From: a virus
Virus record (IMG/VR): IMGVR_UViG_3300022752_004319
Location: 32,001 to 96,000 of that record
Direction: 5' to 3' (one strand)
DNA: 64,000 nucleotides
A program made the translations under genes and the position numbers. The notes beneath the pieces were generated by a model. It did not search any database. It saw only the letters and a program-made list of their open reading frames with translations, and was not told the DNA's origin. This document shows, one piece after another, positions 57,212 to 64,000 of the stretch (position 1 is the first letter of the stretch; the number at the start of each line of letters is the position of its first letter).

Positions 57212-60200
57212 ATGCCATCCCAACTAACTTTTGCCGCAACATCAGCTATTCGTAATAGTTTAATAGGTCGTAACCTGAAACCGTATATCAAACCTGGTGC
57301 GTTTGTGTATTCGGTATCTAACCTACCAAATCAATACGAACCAAGTCAATATTCAGTAATTGATTCACCAGATCAACTCATAGATCTAGCCCCATTTGCA
57401 GATGGTTTATATTTAAACAATGAATTTGGTCCAGAGGGCGGTTTTAAAAAAGATATTTCAGGATTAATTAGTGTTTCACAAAACCCAACAAATAGAGGAC
57501 CATATGGACCGTTCCCCCCATATACTGACGCACTTAAATTATTTTCCACAACATTCCAAAAGAAAGGACAGATCAAAAATGAATATTCACCAAGAGATGG
57601 TTTCATAAGATATTATGATATCGGTGATATTGTTAAAGTACAAAAAAATGCAACGTATTGGGATCCCCCTAGTTTTAGACCTTCATCGTATTCGCCATTT
57701 AGTGTCTTATTACAAGAAATCCCAACAGGTTCAAATGGTAATGTACTTCAAGATTCAGAATTAGCACAACTTGGTGTTGAGTTTCTTAAAAAAGCATACC
57801 AACAAAGAATAGACCAGAACGTTCGAACAGAAACGTTAGGTCGCGTTAATATTTTAAATGGTTTACAAGATCCAATTAACTTATCATTAATTGTTGCTGG
57901 TAAAAGACCCCTTATCTTCAGAGATTATAAAATCACCTCTGGAGGTGGTAATATTTTATCACAAGGACAAGATATTGTTCAAAGAATAGCTGGGTTCACA
58001 TTTCCATTTTCACCAATACCTGGAGATTATTTTACTGTTGATAACGAACAACGAACGATTAATTCAACACAATCATTAGCAAGATCTAGTGAAGGTGGAA
58101 GAAGAGGGGGTGTATTTGGATTATTTGGAAGTCGACCAACATCACCTTCACAATTATTTTTAGATTATACTGGTGAAGGACAAAGAGCACAATTAACCAA
58201 TAATTTAGATTATAATAGATATAGACCTAGATATAATACTGGAGGACGTGGGGTTATATCTGTACTTGGAGAGGCAATATTTGGTTCACAAGTACAGGAC
58301 TTGGGCCAAGGATTATATTATGTTGGATCTCCAGACAGAGAACCGATTTACCTTAATTCACCACCGGGTTTAGTACCAATTAACGAATTTGGTGAAGAAA
58401 TTTTAGCTCCAGTATATGGATCACAAGTTTTAGGTAAAGAATATGAGGGACAAGAACTTTCCGAAAGGTTAAACTTTGGTTTTGTAGGCACAACATACCA
58501 AAGTCAGGGTGATATAAGTGGGGGTTTAAGTTGGACTAATACCAAGGATTCACCTAATGCGGGCAAAAGAGTAAGACCTAATGGCTCTGCAGGATCACAA
58601 GATCCAGATTTTTCAGCAATATCAGATCAATTTGGAAGTAGTGAATCTATCAATTATAGATTTAAAGCGGGCTCAATTTTAGATGACACACAAAGACTTG
58701 TTGATTCAATGCCACTTGACGGTCGTAGGTATTCACATGTCGGAAATGCAATCAATCAAATTAGTAAAATTTTTGATGATGGTTATAAACAAATAACTAA
58801 AGGATCACGAGTTATAGGTTTTACCCCAAACCAACTCAACACCCCACTTGAATATTGTAGAGTGTTTACCAAAGATACACCTTACATTTCATATACCGAT
58901 TTACAGAAATCAGATGGTAATATTAGAAAAGCATCGTATTCAATCCTTGACAAAACATATCAACTTAATATTGCACCAGAAAAAGGTGGAGATTCAATAT
59001 TACGTGGAGAAGGTGGTGTGAAAAAATATATGTTCTCTATTGAGAACTTAGCGTGGAGAACATCATCTAGACCAGGTTTAAGATATCAAGATTTACCAAA
59101 ATGTGAACAAGGTCCAAATGGTGGTAGAATTATGTGGTTTCCACCTTATGATTTGGACTTCAGTGAGGATACAAGACCTTCATTTAATGAAACTACTTTC
59201 TTGGGAAGACCAGAACCAATTTATACTTATAAAAACACAAGTAGATCTGGAACGTTAAAATGGAAGATCCTTGTGGATCATCCCTCAGTTTTAAATCTAG
59301 TTGCTCAAAAAGTATTAGCAAACGAAGGGTCGAGGGGGGTGGCAGACCAAGTAATCAATTCATTTTTCGCTGGTTGTAAAAAATATGATCTTTATGAATT
59401 GGCAGAAAAATTTAATAATGTCCCACTGTCAGACCTTCAAGCTTATCAAGAATTAGTCAATAATCCAAATGTAACACCAGAACAATATTCAGATGCCCTG
59501 TCAAACATCAAACCAGATCCTGAAACAGTTTCAATTCAGACTACAACACCACCAACAACACCTTCATTTGATGAGTATGTAAACTTTGGTTTTTATTTTG
59601 ACAATGACATACCTAAACAATCACAACAAGATTTCCAACCATTGTACAATACATACGTTTCACAAAACAATAAAGAATTATACCGAACAAACACAAAACC
59701 AACAACTGAAGTTCAACCTGTTCAAGAATTTTTTACCCAAGTTGTTGAAGGAAATTATAATAAAATCAAAGAATTTTCTAAAAAATTATATGATTTATTA
59801 TCCCAAGACGAAACAGCTATTGTAAAAATTACACTTTTTTCAGCCGCATCATCACCAGGAAGTATACCATATAATTTATCATTGTCACAAAAACGCAATG
59901 AATCCGCATTGAAATTCTTTCAAAATTATTTAATTGACGGGAATAAAACATTGTCAGATTTTATTGGATCTAGAATTGTTATCAATGGGATCGCACAAGG
60001 AGAAACAACTGTTGTAAACCCAAAAAGTGGTGTGGGTGATAATGTTTGCTTAAATAGCGTTGACTGCTCTCAAGTGTTGAATGGGTCTGCGAAAATTTAC
60101 TCTGTAGCAGCAATGGCGTGCAGAGTATCAAATATACAAAGTATATCAGTTACAACAACACCAATAAACCCAGAACCAGCAAATACTGGTTCAAATATTG

Positions 60201-62131
60201 TGTTGACACAAGACGGAAGACCGAACCAAACAAGACCAAGCAATAATAACAATAATAATCAACCACAAGTACAAAAAGATTTGTACAAAGGAGCTTCAAA
60301 AAAATTATTGAGATTACTTTTGAATGAGTGTGATTATTTTGAAGTGTTAAAAGAAACTGACTTTTTTGCATACAACTCAATCAAAAATAAATTGAAATAT
60401 TTTAGTCCGAGTTTTCATTCTATGACACCAGAAGGATTGAACTCGAGATTAACCTTTCTACAACAATGTGCAAGACCAGGAGATACAATACCAACCATTG
60501 GGCCTGATGGACGACCAATATACAATGATGCGCTCAATACTTCATTTGGAGCACCACCAGTTCTGGTTCTAAGAGTAGGTGATTTCTATAATACCAAAAT
60601 AATACCAACATCTTTTAATATTACGTACGAAAAACTTTATGATATGAATCCTGAAGGTATTGGGTTTCAGCCTATGATAGCAAACGTGTCAATGGGATTT
60701 AATTTCATTGGGGGTTCAGGTCTTGCAAAACCAATCGAAACATTACAAAATGCCTTGTCATTTAATTACTATGCAAATACTGAGGTTTATGATGAAAGAG
60801 CTGAATCCACAGATACGTCTTTTAACGCTTTAGACCAAACAATTATAGAAAAACTTCAAAATAGATTACCTACCGTTGGTATCTCTAATTTTGACCCACA
60901 ACTACAAAATTTAGGTGGGGATACTATAGGGATACTCGTCCAAACAGGATCTAACCTTTCAGGTATTACAGGTAATTTAGATTACACAAAATTTGTAGAT
61001 CAATTCTTGACACTCACACAAAACTATTTTACAGCAACAATAATGTTTTTAGATAATGTATTGAAAAAGTATGGGTATGGAATGCTTACACTATTAAACA
61101 CCAAATATAATGGAAATTTGGGATATCACCAAGGTGTATTAATTGTAAATCCAGTTTATATTTATGGTAAACCTTTACTTTATCAATTAAATGTTGATAA
61201 AATATTCGAAATATTATCCGTTTATATTTTGAATGAAACTATTGAAATTTTCACAGTAGTTTCACCTGATGGTACTATGTATAGTGCTGGACTTATGAGT
61301 AATCAATCGGTGACACAAACACAAAAAGATATATTCAAGGGAAATTATGAAAGATTTATTCAAACATATAGAACAAATTTCATAAACGATTTAACAGATT
61401 TGGTATCACAATTGGTACAAATCGAACAAAATTATGTTTATGAAATCGATAAAACAACCTTTCTTGGGAAGAATTTATCAGATGGAAAAATTAATTCAAA
61501 AGGAGCTCCTGTAGTTTATAATTTTGTTGGTGATCCGACACCACAAAATAGACTTGTAAATGATTTACAATCTATATCAGCCGATCTAAACTATTTTTTA
61601 ATTTCGTTATATGATGGAAGATTATACAACGATATGTATTTTCAATCCGATTTAGAAAAACCACTAAACGATCCATTTTCGTCTTTTGTCTATTACACAC
61701 CAAATGAGTTGGGAGCTTCAAATGCCCTAAAAACTTCACCACAACAAGTGGAGTATTTACTACTTGCAAAAATATACACAAATCAAACAACACTACAACA
61801 ATTCTTGAGAGATCTTTCAGAAGGGTTAGATCCATTTGTTAGAGATATTGTTTATCGTTACTATGGAACTTTATTAAAAAACACTTATGATAGATTAAAT
61901 ACAAATTGTATAAATCTTTTAGATACATATAAACAAACATTTGGTAAAAATTTTGTAAATTTTACACCAACGTTTCAGTCCAACACTGGACCACAAATAC
62001 AAAGAACAATAGATTTCCAAGAAAATTTTTCTCCGTCAGATGTTGTTAAAACACAATTGACAAATTTATATTCACCGAATAATATTGACATAAATCCAAG
62101 TACCTTCAATCTTAAAAAGAAATTTAATTAA
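57212..62131 (+). CDS. Large baseplate / tube-initiator-like protein with an internal OmpA-like domain
   Basis: WFPPYDL.FSE, FLGRPEP.YTY.N..RSG and PP.LVLR.GDFY; internal FYFDND...SAASS...YNLSLSQKR. Confidence 0.6.
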   Translation: MPSQLTFAATSAIRNSLIGRNLKPYIKPGAFVYSVSNLPNQYEPSQYSVIDSPDQLIDLAPFADGLYLNNEFGPEGGFKKDISGLISVSQNPTNRGPYGPFPPYTDALKLFSTTFQKKGQIKNEYSPRDGFIRYYDIGDIVKVQKNATYWDPPSFRPSSYSPFSVLLQEIPTGSNGNVLQDSELAQLGVEFLKKAYQQRIDQNVRTETLGRVNILNGLQDPINLSLIVAGKRPLIFRDYKITSGGGNILSQGQDIVQRIAGFTFPFSPIPGDYFTVDNEQRTINSTQSLARSSEGGRRGGVFGLFGSRPTSPSQLFLDYTGEGQRAQLTNNLDYNRYRPRYNTGGRGVISVLGEAIFGSQVQDLGQGLYYVGSPDREPIYLNSPPGLVPINEFGEEILAPVYGSQVLGKEYEGQELSERLNFGFVGTTYQSQGDISGGLSWTNTKDSPNAGKRVRPNGSAGSQDPDFSAISDQFGSSESINYRFKAGSILDDTQRLVDSMPLDGRRYSHVGNAINQISKIFDDGYKQITKGSRVIGFTPNQLNTPLEYCRVFTKDTPYISYTDLQKSDGNIRKASYSILDKTYQLNIAPEKGGDSILRGEGGVKKYMFSIENLAWRTSSRPGLRYQDLPKCEQGPNGGRIMWFPPYDLDFSEDTRPSFNETTFLGRPEPIYTYKNTSRSGTLKWKILVDHPSVLNLVAQKVLANEGSRGVADQVINSFFAGCKKYDLYELAEKFNNVPLSDLQAYQELVNNPNVTPEQYSDALSNIKPDPETVSIQTTTPPTTPSFDEYVNFGFYFDNDIPKQSQQDFQPLYNTYVSQNNKELYRTNTKPTTEVQPVQEFFTQVVEGNYNKIKEFSKKLYDLLSQDETAIVKITLFSAASSPGSIPYNLSLSQKRNESALKFFQNYLIDGNKTLSDFIGSRIVINGIAQGETTVVNPKSGVGDNVCLNSVDCSQVLNGSAKIYSVAAMACRVSNIQSISVTTTPINPEPANTGSNIVLTQDGRPNQTRPSNNNNNNQPQVQKDLYKGASKKLLRLLLNECDYFEVLKETDFFAYNSIKNKLKYFSPSFHSMTPEGLNSRLTFLQQCARPGDTIPTIGPDGRPIYNDALNTSFGAPPVLVLRVGDFYNTKIIPTSFNITYEKLYDMNPEGIGFQPMIANVSMGFNFIGGSGLAKPIETLQNALSFNYYANTEVYDERAESTDTSFNALDQTIIEKLQNRLPTVGISNFDPQLQNLGGDTIGILVQTGSNLSGITGNLDYTKFVDQFLTLTQNYFTATIMFLDNVLKKYGYGMLTLLNTKYNGNLGYHQGVLIVNPVYIYGKPLLYQLNVDKIFEILSVYILNETIEIFTVVSPDGTMYSAGLMSNQSVTQTQKDIFKGNYERFIQTYRTNFINDLTDLVSQLVQIEQNYVYEIDKTTFLGKNLSDGKINSKGAPVVYNFVGDPTPQNRLVNDLQSISADLNYFLISLYDGRLYNDMYFQSDLEKPLNDPFSSFVYYTPNELGASNALKTSPQQVEYLLLAKIYTNQTTLQQFLRDLSEGLDPFVRDIVYRYYGTLLKNTYDRLNTNCINLLDTYKQTFGKNFVNFTPTFQSNTGPQIQRTIDFQENFSPSDVVKTQLTNLYSPNNIDINPSTFNLKKKFN

Positions 62132-62451
62132 TGGACCAATATTATAACCGCTATGAACAATTCGTAATTAACGGACAACAGACAGTTGTTCCATTTGTTA
62201 CTTTGCCGTCCAAAGGTACGGATCAGAGGTTCATCTATAAAACAGCAGTAAGTAGGTTAGATAAAGTATCACAACAATATTACAATACACCTTTTTTTGG
62301 GTGGTTAATACTCCAAGGAAACCCACAATACGGAGGTTTAGAATGGAATATACCAGATAATTCAATTATACGAATTCCCTTTCCATTAATAACTTCGTTA
62401 CAAGACTATCAAAACGCCTTGAATACTCACTTCTTTTATTATGGCAGATAA
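62131..62451 (+). CDS. LysM-like / gp53-like baseplate protein
   Basis: RLDKVSQQYY....GWLIL..NP...IP....IRIP. Confidence 0.7.
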   Translation: MDQYYNRYEQFVINGQQTVVPFVTLPSKGTDQRFIYKTAVSRLDKVSQQYYNTPFFGWLILQGNPQYGGLEWNIPDNSIIRIPFPLITSLQDYQNALNTHFFYYGR

Positions 62452-64000
62452 TTTTCCCAAAACTAATGAAGATGTTTTTGTTATAAAAGATGTCGATAAT
62501 ATTATAATTGTTGACCCAAACAAAACAATATCTAAGGATGGTATTGTGAGTGAACGAGGGATCAATCAAGAAAACTTTGTTATGTACGCTAACTTAGAAG
62601 CTCAAATGCTACCAAGAACTAAGTTAATACAAGGACAAGATCTAGAAAATACAGTACAAACTCAAACCCTAGCCTCAATAAATTTCTTGAGACCGGGAGG
62701 AAGAACTTTTTTAGATAACACATATACAGATCAATTTACAGGACAGGACACATTAATTGGAAAAGGAATCAATCAACCGAGTGTTGATCAATTGAGTAAA
62801 CCTAATAAAACTGATGAATTTTATTCCAAACAAAATACTCAAAACTCACAAGACACTGGACTTTTGGGTATTGAATCAATAGGGATAAAAAATACAAGGT
62901 CTTTCACACCAGTAGTTGATATGGTTCTCATAGATACTATGGGACGTGCCCTTTTTGAAAAGGGAGATAAATCAGAATACGCTTTCTTTTTTAATCTACC
63001 GTATCCCACCTTTTATTTAACAATCAAAGGTTATTATGGTAAAGCAATAAAGTATCAACTTATTCTTTCAAAGTTTTCAGCGGCATTCGAAGCGGCAACT
63101 GGAAACTATAGAATAACGTTACAATTCTATTCGTACAAGTATACAATATTAGCTGAAACACAAATTGGTGCTTTATTTGCCACACCCTTCATGTATACGA
63201 ATGATTTTAAAATCACTCAAGAAATACCTCCGGGATCTGCTGCGGCTCAAACTTCTGTTGGAGATGATAAAACAACCGTAAGAGAAGTAAGAACTACAAG
63301 AGGTAGACAATTTATTTCGGATGTTTATAAAAAATATAAAGCCCTTGGTTTGATTGATGAAAATTTTCCAGAAATTACTTTTCCTGAATTAAGAGCACAA
63401 CTCCAAGCTCTACAAAAAAATTTAGAAACTACCTTTGGCCAAACAGATTTTTCACCATTAACGGACTGCGAGGATTATTTTGCAATACTAGATGAATATA
63501 GAAATTCAATTACAGATACCACAAATCCTTCTAGTTGGATTAGTAAATCAATAGATCCCAACAAAGTATTTTATTTGAAATCAACAGACAATAGTAAACC
63601 TACCAAGGCTTATATTTTTAACCAAGCTCTTAGATCTAATAACCAGTTAGCTGAAAATGCACTTGGAAGTTTACAAAAAACGGTAACTGATTTCGAAACT
63701 CCATTGTTAAAAAATAAAACTTTGGGTTTGGATGGAAAATATAAAATTGGAAATAATGCTCCGACACCGAGTGAAATTAAAAAAATACAAGAAATTGATG
63801 CTAGTAAGAGTAATGACTTGGCTATTGTAAAATCAAACAGTTTTGTTAAACCTATTACACCTGACGGAGTTGATTGGGCATTGACATTCGAGTTAAGAAA
63901 CAAACGTAAACCAGTTAACGAGGCTGAGGTCACTTCGTTACAAGCCGATGAACAACAATTTTTTTATACAATATTGTCGGAACTGGATGAAGAGGTGGCC
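62441..64000 (+). CDS. Large baseplate/hub-like structural protein, runs off the window end
   Basis: Open frame from the ATG at 62441: MADNFPKTNEDVFVIKDVDNIIIVDPNK...LLGIESI.IK...FTP.V.M.L.D..GRALFE...FFNLPYP.FYLTIKGYYG. Not in the ORF track. Confidence 0.65.
   Translation, partial: MADNFPKTNEDVFVIKDVDNIIIVDPNKTISKDGIVSERGINQENFVMYANLEAQMLPRTKLIQGQDLENTVQTQTLASINFLRPGGRTFLDNTYTDQFTGQDTLIGKGINQPSVDQLSKPNKTDEFYSKQNTQNSQDTGLLGIESIGIKNTRSFTPVVDMVLIDTMGRALFEKGDKSEYAFFFNLPYPTFYLTIKGYYGKAIKYQLILSKFSAAFEAATGNYRITLQFYSYKYTILAETQIGALFATPFMYTNDFKITQEIPPGSAAAQTSVGDDKTTVREVRTTRGRQFISDVYKKYKALGLIDENFPEITFPELRAQLQALQKNLETTFGQTDFSPLTDCEDYFAILDEYRNSITDTTNPSSWISKSIDPNKVFYLKSTDNSKPTKAYIFNQALRSNNQLAENALGSLQKTVTDFETPLLKNKTLGLDGKYKIGNNAPTPSEIKKIQEIDASKSNDLAIVKSNSFVKPITPDGVDWALTFELRNKRKPVNEAEVTSLQADEQQFFYTILSELDEEVA

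Noticed and set aside
1-64000. Stop-codon recoding (as in some large phages)
   Set aside because: Genes are full length and tightly packed under the standard code, with TAA, TAG and TGA all used as stops
1-64000. Eukaryotic giant virus or bacterial chromosome origin
   Set aside because: Contractile sheath, tube, neck and baseplate genes plus intrinsic terminators indicate a tailed phage; no NCLDV core or cellular housekeeping genes were seen

Overview
An AT-rich, densely coding 64-kb segment of a large myovirus (jumbo-type, distantly T4-like architecture) using the standard genetic code. There are no obvious Shine-Dalgarno sites, which fits a Bacteroidota host (inference). It has four parts. 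(i) Two glycan-biosynthesis clusters (1-9874 on -, 15603-22307 on +) with about 10 glycosyltransferase genes (GT60, GT10, GT11, GT25, GT2, GT4, HtrL/WlaTC-like), FkbM methyltransferases, a CapK-like ligase and a PLP enzyme. (ii) Six large modular proteins made of Thr-Pro (mucin-like) stalks joining shared Cys-rich modules, DUF285/BspA repeats, a cohesin-like domain, a trypsin-like protease and a FISUMP domain. (iii) Replication and metabolic genes: family B DNA polymerase, SNF2 helicase with a class 3 intein, dUTPase, 3'-5' exonuclease and Fe/Mn SOD. (iv) A neck, tail sheath, tube, chaperone, tape measure and baseplate module. The best candidate for an undescribed system is a phage-encoded mucin-type protein O-glycosylation pathway: a GT60 polypeptide GlcNAc-transferase operon lies between Thr-Pro-rich putative virion proteins. 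Also notable are a candidate +1/-2 frameshift (TTT TTT CGT) in the tail chaperone, a recurrent RTATTTAT upstream motif, an unannotated RHH gene and a 112-bp intergenic tandem duplication. All family calls come from motif recognition by eye; no searches were run.
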